Shown here: one piece after another, positions 9,888 to 18,694 of the stretch | How positions within the stretch are numbered: position 1 is the first letter of the stretch | Layout of the letters: the number at the start of each line of letters is the position of its first letter | Origin: Gammaproteobacteria bacterium | Lineage (GTDB): Bacteria > Pseudomonadota > Gammaproteobacteria > UBA4575 | Length of the DNA stretch: 64,000 bases | Direction: 5' to 3' | Assembly: GCA_965221955.1 (NCBI GenBank) | Contig: CBDCTA010000004.1 | Location: 32,001 to 96,000, forward strand | The notes under the pieces: model-generated | What the model was told of the DNA's origin: nothing | Seen by the model: only the letters and a program-made list of their open reading frames with translations | Databases searched by the model: none | Made by a program: the position numbers and the translations under genes

Positions 9888-11168
9888 ATGAAACTACTTA
9901 AATTTTTCATCGTACTTTTGTTGGGGACTTCTTTTACACATGTCATTGCAAATGAAAAAATCGCATTAGTAATCGGTAACACCGATTATGAAGTGTCACC
10001 GTTGAGAACTGCGGTCAATGATGCCACGGCCTTTTCACAAGCATTGTCAGAAATAGGTTTTCAAGTCGATCTTCAAACCAATACTAATCAGCAAGAAATG
10101 GAAGCTGCAGTACAGTCATTTGGACGATCTATTCAATCAGGAGCAATCGGTTTATTTTATTATGCGGGTCATGCGGTACAGCACAATGGCGAGAACTATC
10201 TCGTACCGGTTAATGCAATTTCATCTATAACTGCACCTGAACATTTACGTTATAAAACTGTGCCGCTTGGTTATGTGCTTGGAGTGGTGAATCAATCGGC
10301 AAGTGATTTAAATGTTGTCATATTGGATTCCTGTCGTAATTCTCCATTTAAATCCTTTTCGCGTGATTTAACGAGAGGAATTACACGTATGCCAAGTTCT
10401 GAAGGGACACTCATAGCATATTCAACAGCTCCTGGAAAAGTAGCATTAGATGGTAGAGAAAATGATCAACATAGCCCTTACACGAAGTCCCTTTTAAAGC
10501 ATATCAAACAACCTGGACTAACAATTGAGCAGGTACTCAAAAAAGTTCGAGCAAGCGTGAAAAAAGAAACAAATGGACAACAAACACCTTGGTATGAAGC
10601 TTCCATTGATGGCGATTTTTATTTTATAAAAGATGAAGGAAGCGGGACTAAAAAAGTAATCAAAGTGGCTACCGTTGAACCTCCTAAAAAAGTTATTACG
10701 CCAGAAAAGGAAAAAAAAGTTATTAAACAAGAAACTCTTGAGTCAACCAAACAATTGTCCTATATCGATGTGGAAGGCGCTAACGAAGGCAAACGACTCA
10801 ATGCCGCGCAAACCAAACAATTAGTGATTGGAAATACCTTATATCCAACAAGCGGTTCTTTCAAAGGCGCTCATATTTATGTTGACCATGATGGACGTGC
10901 GTATTATCACTTTATTACTAAAGGAGAACGCGTCATTGAAGGTATTACTTCATGGACGTTTACAGGTGCAAAATTTTGTATCGATCTTCATAAAATGGGG
11001 ACTAATGCCAATCTGTCTGAAAAAGAGGTGTGTTATCGGTTTATTAAACAAGCCAATCAAGAGTACAAACTACAAATTACGCAAATTAAATTGTTCAGTT
11101 ATCATAGAGAATCGCCTGTAGGAAAGTATATTTTTACTAAAGTTATGAAAGGTCGTGAAGGTGTATAG
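9888..11168 (+). CDS. Exported caspase-family (peptidase C14) protease
   Basis: Signal peptide MKLLKFF...VIA; KIALVIGN, YYAGHAVQ (catalytic His), LDSCRN (catalytic Cys), IAYSTAPG, QQTPW. The ORF track starts at 9873. Confidence 0.88.
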   Translation: MKLLKFFIVLLLGTSFTHVIANEKIALVIGNTDYEVSPLRTAVNDATAFSQALSEIGFQVDLQTNTNQQEMEAAVQSFGRSIQSGAIGLFYYAGHAVQHNGENYLVPVNAISSITAPEHLRYKTVPLGYVLGVVNQSASDLNVVILDSCRNSPFKSFSRDLTRGITRMPSSEGTLIAYSTAPGKVALDGRENDQHSPYTKSLLKHIKQPGLTIEQVLKKVRASVKKETNGQQTPWYEASIDGDFYFIKDEGSGTKKVIKVATVEPPKKVITPEKEKKVIKQETLESTKQLSYIDVEGANEGKRLNAAQTKQLVIGNTLYPTSGSFKGAHIYVDHDGRAYYHFITKGERVIEGITSWTFTGAKFCIDLHKMGTNANLSEKEVCYRFIKQANQEYKLQITQIKLFSYHRESPVGKYIFTKVMKGREGV

Positions 11169-11182
11169 GAATGATGGTTTGA

Positions 11183-11485
11183 TCAATGTGTTGCTTTTAC
11201 CGAATCTTCCATAGCAGCTAAAAAAGAAGTTTGATAATTCGGCACGATATTCAGGTCGATTACAGCAAGTGCCACCTTATGATCTATTACATCAATATAG
11301 TGTAATATCCTCCTGAATTCATTGGGAGTAATAGGCTTCTGATCCCGCCATCCACAGAGCTCATCTTCGGCTCTTAAATTCTCAGGAAGATCGATTCTAA
11401 GAGCTAATCAAAGGGGTTGCAGCGCACCATAAAAATTGTGTTTTGCGCAATCCAGAATCCATTTAATCGCTTCAAATTTTTTCAT
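11183..11485 (-). pseudogene. Possible 100-codon ORF interrupted by one in-frame TGA (11408-11410)
   Basis: Hand translation: MKKFEAIKWILDCAKHNFYGALQPL*LALRIDLPENLRAEDELCGWRDQKPITPNEFRRILHYIDVIDHKVALAVIDLNIVPNYQTSFLAAMEDSVKATH*. No family recognised. Confidence 0.3.
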
Positions 11486-11591
11486 GACTGGGCATCATTT
11501 CTTATGCGATTAATCAAAAAAGACACTCGGCATAGGGCAGGGCAGAAACTTAATTCTCGTTCCAACTTATCTTGATTTAAGTTATAGGATT

Positions 11592-12068
11592 TTACTTTGC
11601 ATTATCTTGTACGTGCTTGCATACACATCTTTTAACTTTTTCCCATATTACAAGATCATCATTTGTAAGATAGGACTCAATATTCTCTAAAATGCCTATG
11701 TAATTCTTGTAGAGTTCTTGCGCAACTTGAGTGCCTTTTTTTGTGATTTTAAGTTGAATGACCCGACGATCATTCACATCATGATGACGGTTGATTAAAC
11801 CTTGTTTTTCTAGAGTATCTAAATGTCGAGTGATGGTCGTTGGATCTGCGTCAATTGTTTTAGAAATACGGCTGGGCGTATCTGCTCGTTTAAGATAGAT
11901 AATTTTTAGCACTAACCATTGAGTTAGGGTAAGTTTTGCTTGTTTTAAAGGCACTTTTAAATGAAGTTTTGCTTTATTTACTATGCTTAAACTTAGCAAT
12001 ACAGATGTTGCATTTATATCGATACATGCAGAAGATGTCGCATCGTGCTTTTTATCAATGTCTTCCAT
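11592..12068 (-). CDS. MarR-family transcriptional regulator
   Basis: LTLTQWLVL...TITRHLDTLEKQGLI.R...DRRV...TKKG winged-HTH signature. Confidence 0.9.
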   Translation of the reverse strand: MEDIDKKHDATSSACIDINATSVLLSLSIVNKAKLHLKVPLKQAKLTLTQWLVLKIIYLKRADTPSRISKTIDADPTTITRHLDTLEKQGLINRHHDVNDRRVIQLKITKKGTQVAQELYKNYIGILENIESYLTNDDLVIWEKVKRCVCKHVQDNAK

Positions 12069-12130
12069 GAAAAATATCCTTATTTGTTCATGTTGTATAT
12101 GGCTTTAAAGCTACTTAACAACTCAATACA

Positions 12131-12171
12131 TGCTTAGTTAATATTTGTAAATAACAAATATTAACTAAGCA
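12131..12171. promoter_or_regulatory. Perfect 18-bp inverted repeat, candidate MarR operator
   Basis: tgcttagttaatatttgt-aaata-acaaatattaactaagca, about 60 bp upstream of the marR start at 12068. Confidence 0.55.
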
Positions 12172-12481
12172 AAACAAGTTGTATTCTCTATTTCTAACTA
12201 CAAAAATTTAGCTATTAAACACTTTTGCAGGTGTATCTAGTCAAATAACCTTATATTTGACTAATTAGGCACATGTTGCCAAATACCATATAAAGCAATT
12301 TTGACTAATATCGCACTATTGACAAGAAAGGCTTAGGGTTAACAATCTTTAACAAGATAGAGTGTTCATGAAACATTTTTTAACATATTAAGGCCGCTGG
12401 ATCTTGATCTTTGGCTAATTAAATAACGAGTATTTAGAATTGAACTGATTTCTATATGGAAATAAGTAAATAGATATACAA

Positions 12482-12952
12482 TTATAAGGCATGTGTTTGT
12501 GCAAAATTCTCAAGTTTCTTCCATGCTATTTGTTGGTTTTCGTTTAGATACGAATCTAAATTTTGCAGAATACCTGTGTAACGCTTGTAAACCTGTTGTG
12601 CGACGCGTACACCTTCCTGAGTGAGTTGTAATTGAGTAACACGACGATCTTTTTGGTCATGCTTACGCTCAATTAAACCGCGAGCTTCTAAACTGTCTAG
12701 ATGTCGAGAAATCGTTGTAGGGTCGGCGTCAATGGATTTAGCTACACCAGTTGGTGTTTCTGCTCGCTTTAAATAAAGTATTTTTAACACTAGCCACTGA
12801 TTCATCGTAAGCTTAACAGTGCTGAGAGGTTCTTTTAGCTGTTGTTTAGCCTTATTAACAATGCTTAAACCAAGCAGGACGGCAGTGGCATTAAAATCTA
12901 GGCTGAATGATGCTTTGTTTATCTTGTTCATATCGGTTGAGTCTGATTGCAT
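12482..12952 (-). CDS. MarR-family transcriptional regulator (paralogue of 11592..12068)
   Basis: Same motifs; shares LSIVNKAK, QWLVLKI.YLKRA.TP and IDADPTTI.RHLD with its neighbour. Confidence 0.9.
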   Translation of the reverse strand: MQSDSTDMNKINKASFSLDFNATAVLLGLSIVNKAKQQLKEPLSTVKLTMNQWLVLKILYLKRAETPTGVAKSIDADPTTISRHLDSLEARGLIERKHDQKDRRVTQLQLTQEGVRVAQQVYKRYTGILQNLDSYLNENQQIAWKKLENFAQTHAL

Positions 12953-13366
12953 TTGTATTTTCCTAAATTGATAGATTGAGTTATTTCAAAACTGTCACAC
13001 ATTTATATTGAACATTCTTTCTAAAACTACATGTTAGTTATCAGTAAGAGAGTAAGAATCAACCTATATTTAAAGGTTGCGTTATAAACATGATGTTTAG
13101 TGTAAAGCCCGAGAATGTATACCGAGCCTACTTAGTTAGTTTCCACAATCTAGGTAGAAGAAAAGCTATATAAAAGTTTAAAAATGTTTCAAAAATGGTT
13201 TATTGATCAAGTATTTATAATCGTTAGTAATCAAGTTTGACAATCATTGCACTATGGGAGTATTAATCATAGTTTCATACAGTATTTAACATGTTAAATA
13301 TCGTGAGTTATTTCGGCTTTTAAAGCTTGAAATTGTTAATTGTTTGAATAGGTATGGGGATAAAAC

Positions 13367-14989
13367 TTGCAGTCTGAAACTTCTGAAAAGAATGATTTAC
13401 TCAAGCCAGAAGAGTTGGAGGTTCGCGCTCAACTCGAAAATATTTTACTTGGAGATGAATTTAGGCGTTCGCCAAAAATATCAAATTTTCTAAATTTCGT
13501 TGTAAACGAAACTCTAACTGGAAAACAGCAATACCTAAAAGCGCACTCTATTGCCATCGCTGTTTTTAATAAAGACGAGAGCTTTGATCCACAAACAGAC
13601 CCATTAGTACGTGTGAATGCTGTACGCTTGAGAAGAATGCTGCGCCATTACTATGTTTCTCAAGGGTTGAAGGACGAGGTCATTATTGATGTTCTTAAGG
13701 GCAGTTATGTGCCGCAATTTTATTATCGCAGCAAAGGCCCTATCTTATCAGTCAAAAGGGTTTCAGAAATAATAGAAGATCACTCCTTTCCTACTATTGC
13801 GGTTTTAACTTTTAAAAACTTAAGCCATAAGTTATCAGATGCAAATTTTTCTAATGGCATCACTCAGGAAATAGTCAGCCAATTAACTAAATTCAAAGAG
13901 CTAGTGGTTGTGGCTAGAAGTACAATGAACCTTTCTGAAGATAAACTGGTTAATTCAAAACGTTTAAATAAAATTTTAGATGTGCGCTATGTTTTAAGTG
14001 GGAGTGTACGTATTGATGAAGATAATGTTCGAATTAATGTGGAGCTTGATGACAGTGTTTCGCATGCCAATGTATGGACACAAACTTATAACGAAAAGTT
14101 AAGTGTTAAAAGCACATTGGCGATTCAAGATGAGATTGCTATGCATGTAGCGACAACAATTGCTCAACCTTACGGAGTCATTATTCGCAAAGAACTAGCA
14201 GGTCTTGAACGCAGTACTACAAATAATTTTTCTGCTTATGAGTTGTTTTTGCAATACTTTCAATTTATAAGGACCTTTTCGCCTACTGACCACTTTAAAG
14301 TGCGGGCTGCTCTAGAAAAAGCTATCAAAATTGATCCACAATTTTCTGATGCATGGGCAGCGCTTTCTATAATTTATTCTCAAGAGTATCAATTATCGAT
14401 GAATCAAGTAAAAAGAGATGTCGATGTAAGAAATCTTGCTTACCAAACTGCTCGACATGCATTAAAACTTGATCCTAGTAACTCGCGGTCTAGTTTTGCT
14501 ATTTCAATTGCTAAGTGGATTAATGGTGAAGTCGATGCAAGCAAGGAGGATGCGGTTAGAGCCTTAAAACTAAATCCTAACAATTCACTTATCTTGGCTC
14601 AATTAGGATTATTCTTAGCAATCTCTGGAGGCTGGGAAACGGGATTAGAGATGTTAGAGCAGGCAATGGTGATGAATCCTGCCCATCCAGATTTTTATCA
14701 TTTTCCTTTTGTTATCAATTTCTATCGTCAAGATTTGTTTGAACAAGCTTTACAGGAAGCCAATAACATCCATATGCCTGATTACTTTTGGACTCATTAC
14801 ATTAAAGCAGCCATCCATAGCGCGCTTGGCAATAAAAAACTCGCCAAGCAAGCAATCCATGAACTGCTCAAGTTGTATCCTGACATTGCAAGCAAAGCCC
14901 GTTTCGAGCTAGAAAAATGGAATATGCAGACAGAGCTAATTGAAAAATTCTTGCAGGATTTGAGAATCGCGGGTTTGGAAGTGGTTTAA
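13367..14989 (+). CDS. TolB-like/TPR regulatory protein (adenylate-cyclase-associated type, no cyclase domain seen)
   Basis: N-terminal FRRSPK...FDPQTDPLVRVNAVRLRRML..YY...KGSYVP; PTIAVLTFKNLS...GITQEI TolB-like domain; several TPRs (AIKIDPQFSDAWAAL, ALKLNPNN). Confidence 0.8.
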   Translation: MQSETSEKNDLLKPEELEVRAQLENILLGDEFRRSPKISNFLNFVVNETLTGKQQYLKAHSIAIAVFNKDESFDPQTDPLVRVNAVRLRRMLRHYYVSQGLKDEVIIDVLKGSYVPQFYYRSKGPILSVKRVSEIIEDHSFPTIAVLTFKNLSHKLSDANFSNGITQEIVSQLTKFKELVVVARSTMNLSEDKLVNSKRLNKILDVRYVLSGSVRIDEDNVRINVELDDSVSHANVWTQTYNEKLSVKSTLAIQDEIAMHVATTIAQPYGVIIRKELAGLERSTTNNFSAYELFLQYFQFIRTFSPTDHFKVRAALEKAIKIDPQFSDAWAALSIIYSQEYQLSMNQVKRDVDVRNLAYQTARHALKLDPSNSRSSFAISIAKWINGEVDASKEDAVRALKLNPNNSLILAQLGLFLAISGGWETGLEMLEQAMVMNPAHPDFYHFPFVINFYRQDLFEQALQEANNIHMPDYFWTHYIKAAIHSALGNKKLAKQAIHELLKLYPDIASKARFELEKWNMQTELIEKFLQDLRIAGLEVV

Positions 14990-15096
14990 GACAATGGTTA
15001 GAGGTCTTAAATCATGCATTACTTCTTTATAGTACTTTCCCGTTTGAGTAATGATTGCTAGTATTTACACATATTTTAGATTGAGTTTAACTATTC

Positions 15097-15126
15097 AAGC
15101 CTCGGATTTTATCCGGGGTTTTTTAT
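15097..15126 (+). terminator. Rho-independent terminator
   Basis: gcctcggat-ttt-atccggggt hairpin followed by a T tract. Confidence 0.7.
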
Positions 15127-15166
15127 TGGATGAGTCTCTAATACACTCATTAAACAAGATGTATAT

Positions 15167-15240
15167 GGCTAGGTGGTAGAGTGGTTATACAGCGGTTTGC
15201 AAAACCGTAGACACCGGTTCGATTCCGGTCCTAGCCTCCA
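15167..15240 (+). tRNA. tRNA-Cys (GCA)
   Basis: ggctagg...gcggtttGCAaaaccgt...ggttcgattcc...cctagcc-t-CCA cloverleaf, 74 nt. Confidence 0.96.
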
Positions 15241-15317
15241 CACATGCGCATGGGTATTATGCGCAAATTGATTATGACGAAGTCATACAGTCTGTAATCG
15301 TAAAACGATTCTACAAA

Positions 15318-15404
15318 GCCCGGGTGGCGAAATTGGTAGACGCAAGGGACTTAAAATCCCTCGGTAGATAATACCGTGCCGGTTCGACTCCGGCCCCGGC
15401 ACCA
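15318..15404 (+). tRNA. tRNA-Leu (TAA)
   Basis: gcccggg...gggactTAAaatccc, long variable arm, ggttcgactcc, ACCA end. The 3' acceptor strand is one G short (cccggc). Confidence 0.9.
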
Positions 15405-15943
15405 GTATTGGGAATTTTTTCACGCACATGCTTTACCTGCATGAGTACTTCTGATCCTGAGATTCTATGGGACCCTAAGATGAAAGGTGTAAATAAGCTC
15501 TAAAATCACCATTTAATTCCGAACGGTTTAATACAATGCGTATAGTACTGTTGTTATAAAAACAAAACCTTATAAAATCCTTCATATTCAATGGGGTAAA
15601 GCTATATAATTTATAATTATTGAGAAATATTCTTTATCTTATTGTTTTATAAGGAATTAAATTCCTTACATGACAAAAGTATAAGAACATCAATGTATTT
15701 AACCTCATATTTAATGTACCTCTTTTGGTTAAGCTGTGGTAATTTAACGGCTGGTGGTTCATTAATCTCATTACGTTGAGAGGCGAAATAGAGAATCCAG
15801 AAGGAGCAATAACTATAAAATAAATCTTCTGAAACCATCATTAGCCTTGCGTTAATACATTTAGCAGCCCTTTCTCCTCTAGTTGGGTTATCAATTAAAA
15901 CGTATAAACGCTAAAGTTGAATCGCAAAAGAAAGGCATATATC

Positions 15944-15973
15944 AACCCGCCCACCGTGGCGGGTTTTGTTTTT
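15944..15973 (+). terminator. Rho-independent terminator
   Basis: aacccgcc-caccgt-ggcgggtt plus T tract. Confidence 0.7.
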
Positions 15974-16028
15974 ACTGGGTACACTATTTCTCTAATATCA
16001 TTTCTTTGCTATCGCTAATACAATTTTC

Positions 16029-16403
16029 ATGAAACTGAGATTGAATTTCATACATCCACTATTGATATTGATGTTTTTTTGTTCGAGCACTGTAGCCTAT
16101 GCTGCTGATATGGGTGGACGTTATTTGGTATCGGGAGTAGGTAAGGATTCTTGTCGTAGCTTTGTAGATGCTGATGAGGTGGGAAAGTCATATTATCGAA
16201 CTTGGCTATCTGGCTATATTACTTCGCATAACTACTATGTCGAAGATACTTATAGTGTTGTGAACAAAAAGACTGTAGATGAATTGGAAGCTTGGTTACG
16301 TGGTTATTGCTTTTCGAATATGACACATACATTCGAGAAAGCTGTAAAGGCATTGATACGCAAACTTAAGTACTTTAAGAAGAAAAATTTTTACGATAAG
16401 TGA
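16029..16403 (+). CDS. Small exported hypothetical protein
   Basis: Signal peptide (AYA|AD); two Cys in the mature part (DSCRSF, RGYCF). Confidence 0.7.
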   Translation: MKLRLNFIHPLLILMFFCSSTVAYAADMGGRYLVSGVGKDSCRSFVDADEVGKSYYRTWLSGYITSHNYYVEDTYSVVNKKTVDELEAWLRGYCFSNMTHTFEKAVKALIRKLKYFKKKNFYDK

Positions 16404-16426
16404 TCAATAAAATTATTAGGTAAAAA

Positions 16427-16846
16427 GTGGAAAACCAAGACCTTAAACGAGCAGGGCTGAAAGTAACTTTGCCACGAATGAAAATATTAGAGATTCTTGA
16501 GAACTCTAATAAGAAACATATGAGTGCAGAGGATATTTATAAAGTATTGCTTGATGCAGGTGAAGAGATTGGTTTGGCAACCATTTATCGAGTGCTCACT
16601 CAGTTTGAGGGTGCAGGCCTCGTAATTCGCCACCATTTTGAAACCGGTCAGGCTGTTTTCGAGTTAGAAAGCGGTAAACATCATGATCATTTAATTTGCG
16701 TCAAGTGCGGTAAAATCGTCGAGTTCTTAGATGAAGCCATTGAAGCGAAGCAAAAAGAGATCGCTAAAAAAAATAACTTTCGTATATCTGATCATTCATT
16801 AATTATTTATGGCATTTGTGGTGACTCAAATTGCCAACAAAACTAG
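16427..16846 (+). CDS. fur: Ferric uptake regulator
   Basis: LKRAGLKVTLPRMKIL, IGLATIYRVLTQF, HHDHLICVKCG; GTG start. Confidence 0.97.
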   Translation: MENQDLKRAGLKVTLPRMKILEILENSNKKHMSAEDIYKVLLDAGEEIGLATIYRVLTQFEGAGLVIRHHFETGQAVFELESGKHHDHLICVKCGKIVEFLDEAIEAKQKEIAKKNNFRISDHSLIIYGICGDSNCQQN

Positions 16847-16870
16847 TTCGCATATCTTTAGAACAATTTA

Positions 16871-18241
16871 ATGCCGCAGCATAAATTTCCACCTGGGCCA
16901 GAAGGAGAAGGCAAGTTAGGTTGTTTGCCTGAAATGCGTGCGAATCCTATGGAATTTCTTGAGGAAGTTGCATCAAAGTATGGCGGTATCGCGCGTATCA
17001 ATATGGGCGCTTATCATTCCTATCTCGTATCAGATCCTAAGCTAATTAAAGAAGTACTAGTTGATAATTTTGAAAAGTACAAAAAAAATACACGCTACAA
17101 ACAAGTACGCATGGTTATTGGTGAGGGGTTATTACTGAGTGAAGGTGATGTATGGAAACATCAGCGTACTCATGCACAACCAAAATTCACGGCTAAATCG
17201 CTCGATCAACAAGTTGATTGGATTACTGATCTAGCAACAGACTTTCTCGATTCTTGGATTGTAAATGTAAATGAGGAAAAGCCAGTCGAACTGGAATACC
17301 AGTTTAATCTTCTTACGCAACTGTTAGCCGGTGTTTGGGTGATGGGGGAAGGTTTTAAGCCGCGTGCTCAAACTGTGTTTAATATATATAACCAGATTCG
17401 AATGAATTGGCCAGAAATGACAGATTTGCGTGCTTCTTTGCTTAAACCTAAAAACCTAAAAAAAGAGATTAATTTTAGAAAAGCCTTAAAAAGTCTAAAT
17501 AAAACAGTATATGAGCTGCTCGATGAGTATCCTGATGTCATCGAGGGTGATATGGGCTTCTTAAGGCATTTATTGCCAGATGAGGCATTAGGTAAGTCTG
17601 TCATTGCTAAGGCTATCAAAAAACAAAAGCGTAGTTTAAGAGACCAATTGCTTACTTTATTTGTAACTGCGTTTGAAACTACAGCGACATCGCTCTGTTG
17701 GACGATGTATGTGATTGATAAATATCCAGAAGTAAAGAAACGTATTTATGAGGAGGTGGATCAAGTCATCGGTATGCAAACACCGACTGCTGATACATTA
17801 AATAAGCTGGATTACACGGAAAAAGTAATTAAAGAATCATTGCGTCTTTATTCGTCAGTACACTCTTTCTCGCGAGTTGCGTTAGAAGACCATGACATAG
17901 GGGGGTATCGTGTACCTAAAGACATGACAGTAATTATCTCATCTTATGTTACGCATCGTTTACCTGAATATTGGGATGATCCTTACACCTTCGATCCCAG
18001 CCGCTTTGATAAAGAACGAACAGTTGGGCGATCGCGTTTTGCATATATTCCCTTTGCAGCTGGACATCGTAATTGCATCGGTTCTTATATGGCACTGATG
18101 CAAAGTAAACTTGTAGTTACATTAATCGCTCAACGTTATAACTTGAGTTTGTTTCCTGGGCATAAAGTCGAGAAACACGCTGCCACAACTATGCGGCCCA
18201 AGTATGGGATGAAAATGAACGTTGAACGCCTTGTGGCATAG
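16871..18241 (+). CDS. Cytochrome P450
   Basis: PPGP N-terminus, GLLLSEG, ETT I-helix, ESLR (ExxR), FDPSRF, heme motif FAAGHRNCIG. Confidence 0.93.
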   Translation: MPQHKFPPGPEGEGKLGCLPEMRANPMEFLEEVASKYGGIARINMGAYHSYLVSDPKLIKEVLVDNFEKYKKNTRYKQVRMVIGEGLLLSEGDVWKHQRTHAQPKFTAKSLDQQVDWITDLATDFLDSWIVNVNEEKPVELEYQFNLLTQLLAGVWVMGEGFKPRAQTVFNIYNQIRMNWPEMTDLRASLLKPKNLKKEINFRKALKSLNKTVYELLDEYPDVIEGDMGFLRHLLPDEALGKSVIAKAIKKQKRSLRDQLLTLFVTAFETTATSLCWTMYVIDKYPEVKKRIYEEVDQVIGMQTPTADTLNKLDYTEKVIKESLRLYSSVHSFSRVALEDHDIGGYRVPKDMTVIISSYVTHRLPEYWDDPYTFDPSRFDKERTVGRSRFAYIPFAAGHRNCIGSYMALMQSKLVVTLIAQRYNLSLFPGHKVEKHAATTMRPKYGMKMNVERLVA

Positions 18242-18273
18242 CGCTAAATTAAAATAATTATTTGTTTTAGGTT

Positions 18274-18429
18274 TTAGTAGCCAGCTTTTCGGGCACGATC
18301 ATCAAGTCGATCTTTATCATCTTCTTGATTTAAGGTGGTATTTTTATTTGAATTCGAATCTTGCTTTTTTACGACTCCGCGTCCCGCGTTTACTCTATCT
18401 TTTGAATTTTCTTCTATCTGCTCTTCCAT
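18274..18429 (-). CDS. Possible 51-aa hydrophilic small protein (not in ORF track)
   Basis: Hand translation MEEQIEENSKDRVNAGRGVVKKQDSNSNKNTTLNQEDDKDRLDDRARKAGY*; fills the intergenic gap; weak RBS. Confidence 0.35.
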   Translation of the reverse strand: MEEQIEENSKDRVNAGRGVVKKQDSNSNKNTTLNQEDDKDRLDDRARKAGY

Positions 18430-18694
18430 GATAATATACTTTGCAAATACAACAATTTAATTTCGATTAACCATAACGCTTTCTAATATTAGTTGACCGT
18501 GAACTAGATCATAAGACGTATTTTAAGTCCTTTAGGTTGGTTAATATATCGGGTGTTTTTGTGATATGCATCCCTAAGCGTGTAGGGAATTAGCCCTATA
18601 ATTTGTAGTTAAATAGTTCTGCAATAATTACTATATAAATTGTAATAAACATAAAGAGTTACGGAATATCACCTTTACTTAGGACAATACTAGG

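Noticed and set aside
15647-15841. 64-aa ORF or possible sRNA upstream of the 15944 terminator
   Set aside because: No RBS or recognisable motif, and I could not support an RNA family by eye; an Rfam scan would be needed.
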